A DNA stretch of 64,000 nt, taken from NCBI GenBank assembly GCA_036741905.1, contig DAINRH010000001.1:34617-98616 (forward strand), read 5' to 3'. Position 1 is the first letter of the stretch; every line of letters starts with the position of its first letter. Positions 54,803 to 64,000 of the stretch are shown here, one piece after another. The stretch is from Methylobacter sp. GTDB taxonomy: Bacteria > Pseudomonadota > Gammaproteobacteria > Methylococcales > Methylomonadaceae. The translations under genes were made by a program, and so were the position numbers. The notes beneath the pieces were generated by a model. It saw nothing but the letters and a program-made list of their open reading frames with translations. It was not told the origin of the DNA and searched no databases.

Positions 54803-56869
54803 ATGAACGAACTTGACCAGAAAATAAATACACACTTCGCGGGGCTTGTTGTCCGAAAGGATCTTGTTAAAACCGTCAAGGGTAATGCGATTGTACCTTC
54901 CTATGTTCTTGAGTATTTGTTAGGCCAGTACTGCGCAACCAGCGACGAAGCCTCCATTCAGACGGGCATTGAAACTGTTAAGGAAATACTGCGTAAGCAC
55001 TATGTACACCGGAATGAAGCTGGCTTGATTCGTTCTCATATTAAGGAAAAGGGACGCTATAAGGTCATCGACAAGATCAGCGTAGCATTGAATGACAATG
55101 CAGATGTTTACGAGGCTGCTTTTTCTAATCTTGGCATCAAAAGAGTATTGGTTGATTCTCGAACGGTGAAAGCACATCCGAAACTTTTGGTCAGCGGTGT
55201 CTGGTGTATTGCAGATCTTGAATACGAGTTTTCCGAAGAAAAAGATGACAGTCCTTGGATTCTATCGTCGCTTAAACCTATTCAATTATCGCACTTCGAT
55301 TTTGATGGCTATGTGGCGGCTCGTAAACAATTCACAACCGATGAATGGATTGATCTGCTTGTTCAGAGCATTGGCTTTAATCCGGAATTGTTTGGCAAAC
55401 GCAGTAAGTTGACTCAACTCGTTCGTCTTATCCCTTTTTGCGAGCGTAATTATAATCTTATCGAACTGGGTCCCAAAGGAACGGGGAAGTCGCATATCTA
55501 TTCAGAGTTTTCTCCTCATGGCATTCTTATATCAGGCGGCGAAGTTTCAGTTCCCAAGCTGTTTGTTAATAATTCATCCGGAAAAATCGGCCTGGTTGGG
55601 TACTGGGATGTAGTGGGGTTTGACGAGTTTGCCGGCAAACAAAAAAGGGTAGAAAAAGCACTTGTCGATATTATGAAAAATTATATGGCTAACAAGTCTT
55701 TTTCGCGTGGTGTTGAAACCTTCGGTGCAGAAGCATCAATGGTTTTCATCGGCAACACTCAGCACACTGTTCCCTATATGCTGAAGCATGCCGATTTATT
55801 CGATGAGCTACCCGATAAGTTCTATGACTCGGCATTCCTTGACCGAATCCATTATTACATCCCCGGTTGGGAAGTGGATATTATTCGTGGTGAGATGTTT
55901 TCCAAAAACTATGGCTTTGTGGTGGATTACCTTGCCGAAATTCTTCGGGCATTGCGTAACCACGACTATTCAGACCGTTATAAAGAGCACTTTTCTTTAT
56001 CTTCTGATCTATCGACTCGGGACAGGGATGGAATAAACAAAACTTTTTCCGGGCTAATGAAAATCCTATACCCTCAAGGCGAGGCCTCTAAGGATGAGAT
56101 TGAAGAAATTCTTAAGTTTGCTATTGAAGGTCGCAAGCGTATCAAAGACCAATTGATGCGCATTGATTCCACCTACCCGGATGTGAATTTCACCTACATG
56201 GACCAGTCTGGTCAAACCCATTCTGTTAAGACACTGGAGGAAGAAGAATACCCGCATTATTACTATAAGACAGCTGTTGATACTGCGACAGGCATAGCTG
56301 ATACAGACAGTGATCCACAAGGAACTCCAGTAGCCGAATCCTTTGTCAAGGAACAGCATCTGACCTTTCAAGAAAATCAGAAAGGAATATCGTTCGATGC
56401 CTTGTTTGGCGCTTATCTGCGAGGCGCAAGTAAAATAACTATTACTGATCCCTATATCCGTCTGCCTTACCAAGTGCGTAATTTTATGGAGTTCCTCGAA
56501 ACGGTCGTGAAGTACAAGTCACAGGACGAAGAAGTCACCGTTCACCTAGTGACGTCAGAAGACGATTTCAAAGCTGAACAGCAGCAAGAGAGTTTTGAAA
56601 AGATAAAGGAATCCTGTAGCGCAGTCGGCATTGACTTTAGCTGGGAATTTGATGGAACAGGGAGCATTCAAACCCGCCACATAGTGACTGACCACGGCTG
56701 GAAAATCTTACTGGATTGTGGCCTCGATGTCTTTCAGAACTATGAAATGAATGATGCTTTCACCTTTGCCAACCGCCTACAGAAATTTAGGGCTTGTAAG
56801 GCATTTGAGGTGACTTTTATCACAAATGGAATAATGTCAACAAATACGGACGGACAAGAGCATGAGTGA
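54803..56869 (+). CDS. brxL: BrxL (BREX AAA+ protein) with an atypical MIT_C/PLD-like C-terminal domain
   Basis: FAGLVVRKDLVKTVKGNAIVPSYVLEYLLGQYCATSDEASI is the BrxL N-domain. ELGPKGTGKSH is the P-loop. The C-terminal 166 aa (56369-56866) align with my recollection of the human MITD1 C-terminal domain (ITDPYIR...NFMEFLE...HIVTDHGWKILLDCGLDVFQ). Confidence 0.8.
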   Translation: MNELDQKINTHFAGLVVRKDLVKTVKGNAIVPSYVLEYLLGQYCATSDEASIQTGIETVKEILRKHYVHRNEAGLIRSHIKEKGRYKVIDKISVALNDNADVYEAAFSNLGIKRVLVDSRTVKAHPKLLVSGVWCIADLEYEFSEEKDDSPWILSSLKPIQLSHFDFDGYVAARKQFTTDEWIDLLVQSIGFNPELFGKRSKLTQLVRLIPFCERNYNLIELGPKGTGKSHIYSEFSPHGILISGGEVSVPKLFVNNSSGKIGLVGYWDVVGFDEFAGKQKRVEKALVDIMKNYMANKSFSRGVETFGAEASMVFIGNTQHTVPYMLKHADLFDELPDKFYDSAFLDRIHYYIPGWEVDIIRGEMFSKNYGFVVDYLAEILRALRNHDYSDRYKEHFSLSSDLSTRDRDGINKTFSGLMKILYPQGEASKDEIEEILKFAIEGRKRIKDQLMRIDSTYPDVNFTYMDQSGQTHSVKTLEEEEYPHYYYKTAVDTATGIADTDSDPQGTPVAESFVKEQHLTFQENQKGISFDALFGAYLRGASKITITDPYIRLPYQVRNFMEFLETVVKYKSQDEEVTVHLVTSEDDFKAEQQQESFEKIKESCSAVGIDFSWEFDGTGSIQTRHIVTDHGWKILLDCGLDVFQNYEMNDAFTFANRLQKFRACKAFEVTFITNGIMSTNTDGQEHE

Positions 56870-59429
56870 TTTTTCTGCACCACTTTCCAAATGGTTTTCC
56901 GAACGTCCGAAATGGTTGCAAATGGCAGCCAAACGCCTTCTGGAGCAAGATAGCATAGATATTCCAAATCTTGCCGTGTTGTGCCAACAAGAAGCGAAAG
57001 GCCAACTCGTCAGGTCTGATTGCACTCTCCCTGCCAATGCTTTCGATGCTGATTCCTCAGGAACCATTCGTTTGTGCTCGCTCGACAATATTGAAGGAGT
57101 AAACGCACTGGCCCCGCGAAAATCTCTTGAGTTTGGCAAAAGTAATATCGCTGTCGTTTATGGTCATAATGGTTCAGGTAAGTCTGGCTACGTTCGACTA
57201 CTAAAACATATTTGCGGAGCCCGTTACCTTGGCACGCTGCATCGTAATGTCTACACTGCCGCACCTGGAGTACAGAAGGCATCGATCACATTTGAGAAAA
57301 ACGGAACTACAATTTGTCATGAATGGGCTGGCCAGGGATTTCTTGATGACCTTAGAAGCGTGGATATTTTCGACACCTCTTTTGGCCGAGTTTTTATAAA
57401 CAGCGAAGACGAGGTGAGCTATGAGCCTCCGGTATTGTTGTTTTTTAGTTCTCTCATCACGATATGCGAAAAGGTCTCTGAAATATTGGATGCTGAGGCC
57501 GCTCGGTACCCATCAAAAAAGCCAACTATTTCAAGTGTGCTGAAGATGACCTCAGAAGGTATCTGGTTCGATAGTGTATCCAGCAAAACCTCCTCGACTG
57601 AGGTTACGCAACACTGTTCATTTACAGTTGCAAACGAAAAAGAGCTTCAGGAACTTCAACAGCGCCTTGCCGAGCAAGCACCATCAGATAAGGCGAAGCA
57701 GTTAAGAAACCAAAAACAGTATATAGATTCTCTTGTTGAAGAGGCGGAGAAATATCTTAATCAACTTTCCGATGATAATTGTCGGCAAATTATCGCGGTG
57801 AAGAAAAATGCCATTTTTAAGAAGAATGCCGCTGAAGTAGCTGCACAACAAGTATTTATTGGAAGCCACCTCGAAGGTATCGGTTCAGATGTATGGAAAG
57901 AGCTTTGGGCTGCTGCCAGAAATTACTCAACAACTTTGGCCTATAGAGATCAAGATTACCCTCATGTTGCTGACGACTCCCGTTGCGTACTATGTCATCA
58001 GACGCTTCCTCCAGAAGCCAAAGCTAGGCTTCTCTCCTTTGAAGAGTTTGTGAAAGGAGAAATGCAAAGGGCATCTGCTAACGCCATTAAGGAATTTAAT
58101 ACCGCAATTCAAGCAATTAAAGACGTCCCTACAGTAGACTCGCTAAAAACAAGAGCCGATGCTGCGGGGTTACAACAAAATGAAATCACCATTCCGTTGT
58201 ACGAGTTCTTCTCTGGTTTACAGAAGCGGAAGGAGGCACTACCAGATCTTGAATCCGACGACGGACTCCCCCCCATCACACAGAAACCTGCATGGATTGA
58301 CGAGGCCCGCAAACTATCTGCCGGTTGTGGCGAACGTGCAGAAAATTACGACAAGGATGCCCAGAACGAAAACCGTGACGGACTAAAGGTGAAATTGAAT
58401 AGTCTTCTGGCAAAAAAATGGCTTTCTGAGCATCGTACCACCGCAGTCGAGCAAGAAATCGAAAGGCTAAAACTACAGGATTTAATTCAAGCAGCCAAAA
58501 AATCAACTAACACTAGATCTTTGTCCCAAAAAAAGGGTGAATTGGCTGAAGCGCTTATTACAGATGCTTTCGTCCAGCGTTTTAATAATGAACTTAAAAG
58601 TTTGGGAGCAGACCGGGTCAAAGTAGAGCTGGTGAAGTCGAAGGTTTCGAAGGGGCGGGTTCTTCACAAACTTCAGCTTCGCGGTGCATCTGATAGCTCA
58701 TTGTCTGAAGTGTTAAGTGAGGGCGAAAGTAGAATTGTATCCATCGCTGCTTTTCTGGCTGATGTCACTGGTAAGAGCAATCATGCCCCCTTTATCTTTG
58801 ATGACCCAGTATCATCACTCGACCAGGATTTTGAGGAGGCAGTGGTACAGCGGCTGTTAGGTATTTCCTTCGATAAACAGGTCATAATTTTTACCCACCG
58901 CTTATCGCTATTGGGCACGATTAGACATTTTGCAGACAAAAAATCAATCAAGCCTGACATAATAAGCATCCGGTCGACCGACTGGGGCACTGGCGAACCA
59001 GCTCCGATTCCGCTTTCGCAAAGTGATATCAAAACAGCGTTAAATATTCTGATTAACCAGCGGTTTCCTCTTGCGAAGAAGGCCAACGATGCTGGTGAAT
59101 TCGAAATGGCGGAAATTTATATCAAATCTATTTGCAGCGATTTTCGAACACTCGTTGAAAGAGCGATTGAAAATGATCTGCTTTGTGGCGTGGTGCAGAG
59201 ATTTCAGCGACCGGTTCACACTTTAAGGCTAAAAGACTTAGCCAAGCTCAAAGACACAGATTGCGAGAAACTTGATTCCCTCATGACCACATACTCTGGT
59301 TTTGAACATTCACAGCCATCTGAGTCACCGATTGAATTGCCGACGCCTGAAGCGCTTCTTGTTGATCTCTTGACCTTGAAAGATTGGCGTGAAGAGTACA
59401 TAAATCGGCCTGTACCTCCAGTATCATGA
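56862..59429 (+). CDS. AAA_13-family ATPase (RloC/PrrC-like architecture)
   Basis: Walker A GHNGSGKSG at 57162. The Cys pair CVLCHQ at 57984 lies in a predicted coiled-coil insert. Walker B FIFDDPVSSLD, followed by FTHR. The start overlaps the brxL stop by 8 nt. Confidence 0.65.
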   Translation: MSDFSAPLSKWFSERPKWLQMAAKRLLEQDSIDIPNLAVLCQQEAKGQLVRSDCTLPANAFDADSSGTIRLCSLDNIEGVNALAPRKSLEFGKSNIAVVYGHNGSGKSGYVRLLKHICGARYLGTLHRNVYTAAPGVQKASITFEKNGTTICHEWAGQGFLDDLRSVDIFDTSFGRVFINSEDEVSYEPPVLLFFSSLITICEKVSEILDAEAARYPSKKPTISSVLKMTSEGIWFDSVSSKTSSTEVTQHCSFTVANEKELQELQQRLAEQAPSDKAKQLRNQKQYIDSLVEEAEKYLNQLSDDNCRQIIAVKKNAIFKKNAAEVAAQQVFIGSHLEGIGSDVWKELWAAARNYSTTLAYRDQDYPHVADDSRCVLCHQTLPPEAKARLLSFEEFVKGEMQRASANAIKEFNTAIQAIKDVPTVDSLKTRADAAGLQQNEITIPLYEFFSGLQKRKEALPDLESDDGLPPITQKPAWIDEARKLSAGCGERAENYDKDAQNENRDGLKVKLNSLLAKKWLSEHRTTAVEQEIERLKLQDLIQAAKKSTNTRSLSQKKGELAEALITDAFVQRFNNELKSLGADRVKVELVKSKVSKGRVLHKLQLRGASDSSLSEVLSEGESRIVSIAAFLADVTGKSNHAPFIFDDPVSSLDQDFEEAVVQRLLGISFDKQVIIFTHRLSLLGTIRHFADKKSIKPDIISIRSTDWGTGEPAPIPLSQSDIKTALNILINQRFPLAKKANDAGEFEMAEIYIKSICSDFRTLVERAIENDLLCGVVQRFQRPVHTLRLKDLAKLKDTDCEKLDSLMTTYSGFEHSQPSESPIELPTPEALLVDLLTLKDWREEYINRPVPPVS

Positions 59430-60655
59430 AAGTCCTCCATACCTCTGACTGGCATATCGGTAGAACACTCTACGGGCGAAAGCGCTATGAGGAATTTGAA
59501 TCCTTCCTAACCTGGTTAGCCGAGACCATCCAGCAAGAACAGATCGACGCGCTTCTTATTGCCGGAGATGTTTTTGATACCAGTACCCCAAGCAATCGGG
59601 CACAGGAACTCTACTATAGGTTCCTGTGTCGAGTGGCAACTTCATCCTGTCGGCATATCGTCGTAATTGCCGGTAACCACGATTCTCCTTCATTCCTGAA
59701 TGCCCCCAAGGAACTCCTCCGTGCTATTGATGTTCATGTTATCGGCTCGACCACCGAGAGCCCTGACGATGAAGTTCTAGTGCTGCAGAATCATGATGGC
59801 TCCCCGGAACTTATCGTTTGTGCAGTGCCTTACCTAAGGGATCGTGACATTCGAGTGGCGGAAGTCGGTGAAAGTATCGATGACAAAGAACGCAAGTTAA
59901 TTGAAGGTATCCGCACACATTATTTTGAGGTGTGCGAATTGGCTGAACAGAAGCGCAAGAGCTTGGACGTCGAGATACCTATTATCGCCATGGGGCATCT
60001 TTTTACTGCCGGTGGCCAAACGATTGATGGGGATGGTGTCAGGGAACTTTATGTCGGGTCGCTTGCCCATGTGACGTCAGGAGTTTTTCCGGAATGCATC
60101 GATTATCTTGCTCTGGGGCATCTCCACGTACCCCAAATAGTCAATGGTTCCGATGTCATGCGCTATAGCGGTTCGCCACTGCCGATGGGTTTTGGAGAAG
60201 CCAAGCAGGAAAAAAGTGTTTGTTTGGTGGAGTTTACTGGCAAAGAAGCAAAAGTCGCACTTCTCACAGTTCCGGTTTTCAAGAGGCTTGAGCGTATCCG
60301 TGGTGGATGGGATGAAATTGCTGCTCGGCTACTTGAAATTTCCGCATCGCAAAGCGATGCCTGGTTGGAAATCGTGTATGAGGGCGAGGACGTCGCTGGA
60401 GATCTACGCGAACGGGTGGAGGCACTAAGCGCCGGGACGCTGATGGAAGTTCTTCGCATCAAGAATAACCGGGTCATAGATCGTGTGCTCAATCGTAGCC
60501 ATGATGAGGAAACGCTTGATGATTTAAACGTCAACGATGTATTTGAGCGCTGCTTGGTAATGCATGGTGTATCAGAAGATCAGCGCCCTGAGCTGTTGCG
60601 TGCCTACCAAGAAACGATCACCTCTCTTTATGAAGATGATGTCCAGGCGCAATAG
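59426..60655 (+). CDS. sbcD: exonuclease SbcCD subunit D (Mre11-like phosphoesterase)
   Basis: MKVLHTSDWHIGRTLYG...LLIAGDVFD...IAGNHDS...GHLHVPQ is collinear with E. coli SbcD. ATGA overlap with the AAA_13 gene. Confidence 0.9.
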   Translation: MKVLHTSDWHIGRTLYGRKRYEEFESFLTWLAETIQQEQIDALLIAGDVFDTSTPSNRAQELYYRFLCRVATSSCRHIVVIAGNHDSPSFLNAPKELLRAIDVHVIGSTTESPDDEVLVLQNHDGSPELIVCAVPYLRDRDIRVAEVGESIDDKERKLIEGIRTHYFEVCELAEQKRKSLDVEIPIIAMGHLFTAGGQTIDGDGVRELYVGSLAHVTSGVFPECIDYLALGHLHVPQIVNGSDVMRYSGSPLPMGFGEAKQEKSVCLVEFTGKEAKVALLTVPVFKRLERIRGGWDEIAARLLEISASQSDAWLEIVYEGEDVAGDLRERVEALSAGTLMEVLRIKNNRVIDRVLNRSHDEETLDDLNVNDVFERCLVMHGVSEDQRPELLRAYQETITSLYEDDVQAQ

Positions 60656-60666
60656 CGAGGTAAGGA

Positions 60667-63600
60667 ATGCGGATACTACAGGTACGTTTTAAAAATTTAA
60701 ACTCACTGGTTGGAGAATGGGAAATTGATCTGTCACACCCGGCCTTTGCATCGGATGGCATCTTTGCCATTACCGGTCCAACGGGTGCGGGTAAGACCAC
60801 GATACTCGATGCCATCTGTTTGGCGCTCTATGGACGAACGCCTCGACTCAACAAGGTCACTAAGAGCGGCAACGAAATCATGTCACGGCAAACTGGCGAG
60901 TGCTTTGCCGAAGTGACATTTGAAACACAGTCCGGCCGCTTCCGTTGTCACTGGAGTCAACACAGATCACGAAAAAAGCCAGGTGGTGAGCTACAGAGCG
61001 CTAAACATGAGATTGCGGATGCCGACTCTGGTCAACTCTTCGAGACTAAAATACGAGGTGTTGCCGAGCAGATAGAAACGGCCACCGGCATGGATTTCGA
61101 CCGTTTTACCCGTTCGATGCTGCTGGCTCAAGGAGGATTTGCAGTATTTCTCCAAGCAGCTGCAGATGATCGTGCACCCATCCTGGAACAAATCACCGGC
61201 ACCGAAATTTACAGCCAGATTTCCATACGAGTTCATGAACGCCGCTCGGATGAGCGAAAGAAACAGGATATTCTGCAATCCGAGTTTGCCGGGATGCAAT
61301 TGCTGAGTGAAGCAGATGAACAGCAATTTAAAGAAAGCCTGGACCAGAAAATTGATCAGGAAATCGATTTAAATAAACAGATGAGCCATAAAAATCAGGC
61401 AATTGCCTGGCTGGATGGCATTGGACTCCTTGAAAATGAGTTGGCCATTCTTGACGAACAGAAACTGGATTTGCTGGCTCGCCAGGAAGTGTTTAAGCCT
61501 GAACTTGAAAAGCTTGAGCGGGCTAAAAAGGCTCTGGAATTGGCCGGTGAATACGCCCATCTTTGCACGTTGCATCGTGAGCAGGAAACAGATTGCCAAT
61601 CTCATAGCGAATGTTTGCAGGCACTTCCCGGACAGGAGTCCGAAGTCAAACTGGATGAGGAGGCTTTGAAGCTAACCAGCGACAATTTGGCACAGAAGAG
61701 AACCGAGCAACAGCACGCTCAGTTTATGATTCGAAAGGTTAGGGAGCTGGATCTCAAGCTTCGGGAAAAAGAGGCACCGATCAAAGTGGCGGGGGACGTT
61801 ATTGCAGAGAGGCAAAAAGCTTCGGATGTCCTTTGTACCAAAAATAATGAAGATTGCAGTGTTCTCGAAGCGCAGACGATTGCTTTTGATGGGGTCGTGC
61901 AACTTCTCGCTGAAACCCAGGTGGATGAAGGGCTCATCGAACACCTTACCGGAATTCGAAGTAGATTCGATACGCTCCGCGAACTTGATGGCAAGCATCG
62001 TGACAAGTCACTGGAGCGTAATACTGTTGAGACTCAAAAGATCGAGACCGCTCAGGTCTGGGACGATTTCTCAACGCAACTTGAGGTTCAGAAAAAAGAG
62101 CTCGTTGCCGCCCAAGGTGCTCTTGGTCAACAGCAGCTCGAACTGAAGCATATCTTGGCAGGCCGAGAAGCTGCGGATTGGCGAAATACCCACACGGAAC
62201 GTAAAGACAGAAAAGCGCTTCTGGAAAGAGTCAGCGAGTCGGTTCTGTCATTAGCTGAATCGAGGCGTAATCTAAGCGAACTCAATAACCGAAATGAAGC
62301 ACTGACCGCCGATAAGGGAACGTTAACTCAACAAATCAAGGAACAAACTGAAAAGCAGGCAGCTTTTGAACGGGAAATGCACTTGCTTGAAACGCAGCTT
62401 TCCTTGCTCAAGAAAATCCAGGATTTTGAGGAGGCACGGCATCAACTTCAGGATGGCGAGTCCTGTCCACTGTGCGGTGCAAAAGACCATCCCTTCGCCG
62501 CAGGAAATATACCTGTACCCGATGAAACCACGGCCGCGCTTACTCGTGTAAGAGCCGATCTTAAACAAGTCAATGAGGCTCTTTCCAGCTTAATGATTAA
62601 ACAGGCTGAAACCCTAAAAGATCTGGATCAAATTGCAACTCAGCAGAAGGAATGTATAGACAAAATCACAAATCAAGATAACCGGATTAATGATGGACTT
62701 GCAGTGCTCTCGGTTGAAGTCCCAGACACTAACTTGGTCGAGGTTTTACAGGTCTTACGACAAGAGAACGACGACAATCTGGAAACTACATTGAAGGTGG
62801 TTCAGGCTATTGAGGGACATGATAAGCAGATAGTCACTTTGCGTGAGTCTTTGGAAAAGACAAGGGAAGCTGTGGGCCAGTTGGAGCGAGATACGCAGGC
62901 AGCAGCTCACAATAAGGAGTCTGCAGAACAAGCTGTCGATCGGTCGAAAAAGGAATTAGAAGTGCTTGCCGCTCAGTTCCAGAAAGTACAGGATGATGCG
63001 CTATACGATGTTTCTCTGTACGGGGTCAAAAGCTTGTCTACGGATGAGCTGGATCAAGTTCAGCTTGGCTTAACCTCGCGTCGCGACCAGTGGCTGGCTC
63101 GACAAAAGCAAAGCATCGAGCTTGAAAAGTATATTTCAACCCTGACGCTCCAAACACAGCATCAAACCGAGCAAATCAGAAAATCCGAAATAGAGCTAAA
63201 AAACCAGCAAGGTGTTCTAAGCATCTTAATGCGTGAGCAAGATTCCTTTACCCAAGAACGGCAAGAGCTTTTCGGTGACAAGAACACTGACGAAGAGGAG
63301 GTCCGTCACTCTAAGGCGATTGAGGAAGCCGAGAGTAATCTGGAAAACACACGTCGGAAGCTCAATTCTGCGAACCAGGAACTTGGTAACCTAAAAAGCA
63401 GAATTGAAGCTCTTGAGAAATCAATAGCTACCCGTGTCGAACAATCAAAAATCGGGCAAGAGACATTCCAGGTTCGACTTGGTAAGTTTGGCTTTACTGA
63501 CGAAGCCAGTTACCTTACTGCCTGTTTGCCAGAAGATGAGCGCAACAACTTGATGCTAAAAGCTGAGCAATTGGCAACCGAACAAACTGAGTTGAATGCC

Positions 63601-64000
63601 AGAAGTCGCGATAAAACTGTTCTTCTGGATGCAGAGCGACTAAAACAGGTAACGGATCAACCCCGCACTCAGATAGCACAAGAATTAGATAGCCTTATCA
63701 ATGACCTGAAGATTCTGCAACAGGAAGTTGGAGGAATTCAGCAAAAACTAATTGATAACGACAGTTTAAGACTTAAACAACAAGAACGAGCTAAAGCAAT
63801 TGACGCGCAAAAACGTGAATGCTCACGCTGGGATAACCTTCATGAACTTATTGGTTCCGGCGATGGTAAAAAGTATCGCAACTTTGCGCAGGGTTTGACG
63901 TTTGAGATGATGATTGGTCATGCCAACAGACAACTGCAGAAAATGACAGATCGCTATCTTTTGACACGCGATGATAACCAGCCCCTTGAGCTCAACGTAG
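60667..64000 (+). CDS. sbcC: exonuclease SbcCD subunit C (Rad50-like), 3' end beyond the window
   Basis: MRILQVRFKNLNSLVGEWEIDL...ITGPTGAGKTTILDAICLALYG. Long coiled coil with the zinc hook CPLC at 62464-62475. The frame stays open to position 64000, so the ORF track misses it. Confidence 0.9.
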   Translation, partial: MRILQVRFKNLNSLVGEWEIDLSHPAFASDGIFAITGPTGAGKTTILDAICLALYGRTPRLNKVTKSGNEIMSRQTGECFAEVTFETQSGRFRCHWSQHRSRKKPGGELQSAKHEIADADSGQLFETKIRGVAEQIETATGMDFDRFTRSMLLAQGGFAVFLQAAADDRAPILEQITGTEIYSQISIRVHERRSDERKKQDILQSEFAGMQLLSEADEQQFKESLDQKIDQEIDLNKQMSHKNQAIAWLDGIGLLENELAILDEQKLDLLARQEVFKPELEKLERAKKALELAGEYAHLCTLHREQETDCQSHSECLQALPGQESEVKLDEEALKLTSDNLAQKRTEQQHAQFMIRKVRELDLKLREKEAPIKVAGDVIAERQKASDVLCTKNNEDCSVLEAQTIAFDGVVQLLAETQVDEGLIEHLTGIRSRFDTLRELDGKHRDKSLERNTVETQKIETAQVWDDFSTQLEVQKKELVAAQGALGQQQLELKHILAGREAADWRNTHTERKDRKALLERVSESVLSLAESRRNLSELNNRNEALTADKGTLTQQIKEQTEKQAAFEREMHLLETQLSLLKKIQDFEEARHQLQDGESCPLCGAKDHPFAAGNIPVPDETTAALTRVRADLKQVNEALSSLMIKQAETLKDLDQIATQQKECIDKITNQDNRINDGLAVLSVEVPDTNLVEVLQVLRQENDDNLETTLKVVQAIEGHDKQIVTLRESLEKTREAVGQLERDTQAAAHNKESAEQAVDRSKKELEVLAAQFQKVQDDALYDVSLYGVKSLSTDELDQVQLGLTSRRDQWLARQKQSIELEKYISTLTLQTQHQTEQIRKSEIELKNQQGVLSILMREQDSFTQERQELFGDKNTDEEEVRHSKAIEEAESNLENTRRKLNSANQELGNLKSRIEALEKSIATRVEQSKIGQETFQVRLGKFGFTDEASYLTACLPEDERNNLMLKAEQLATEQTELNARSRDKTVLLDAERLKQVTDQPRTQIAQELDSLINDLKILQQEVGGIQQKLIDNDSLRLKQQERAKAIDAQKRECSRWDNLHELIGSGDGKKYRNFAQGLTFEMMIGHANRQLQKMTDRYLLTRDDNQPLELNV

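Noticed and set aside
59426-64000. Calling sbcD-sbcC a dedicated defence nuclease of the BREX island.
   Set aside because: Both proteins are collinear with housekeeping E. coli SbcCD. Coupling to the AAA_13 gene is noted as a finding, but a defence role cannot be claimed from the sequence alone.

Overview
This 64-kb bacterial window has three blocks. No rRNA, tRNA or CRISPR array was seen by eye. All repeat and hairpin coordinates were read manually and are accurate to a few nt.

(1) 1-10.8 kb: decayed regulators and a giant surface protein.
- A LuxR-type response regulator survives only as its C-terminal part.
- An AraC-family gene is split by a 142-bp MITE with an 8-bp target duplication.
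- There is an IS3-like transposase remnant.
- A 2,372-aa secreted repeat protein contains three near-identical 555-nt tandem units.

(2) 10.9-34.6 kb: an apparently AT-richer plasmid/phage-like module.
- About 25 leftward genes include a Zn-ribbon/Toprim primase, GHKL ATPase, CobT-like vWA, DUF3150-like, WGR-like, CobS/MoxR-like AAA, YqaJ exonuclease, Bet recombinase and SSB.
- They diverge from a rep gene followed by 7 iterons, a DnaA box and an AT-rich tract (candidate oriV).
- bet is interrupted by a complete 2,425-nt group II intron.
- Almost every intergenic gap carries a covarying terminator-like hairpin (about 22 copies).
- A ~270-bp structured module occurs three times.

(3) 35.4-64 kb: a type 1 BREX operon (brxA-brxB-brxC-pglX-pglZ-brxL) with extra genes at every junction.
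- An ABC-type ATPase plus a PD-(D/E)xK protein lie between brxC and pglX.
- pglX is split into two ~600-aa ORFs by a translationally coupled AlbA_2/HATPase gene and a SIR2-HerA pair.
- A YhcG-like nuclease precedes pglZ.
- A GxxExxY gene flanked by inverted repeats precedes brxL.
- brxL ends in a MIT_C/PLD-like domain.
- An AAA_13 (RloC/PrrC-like) ATPase is coupled to sbcD-sbcC; sbcC runs off the window.
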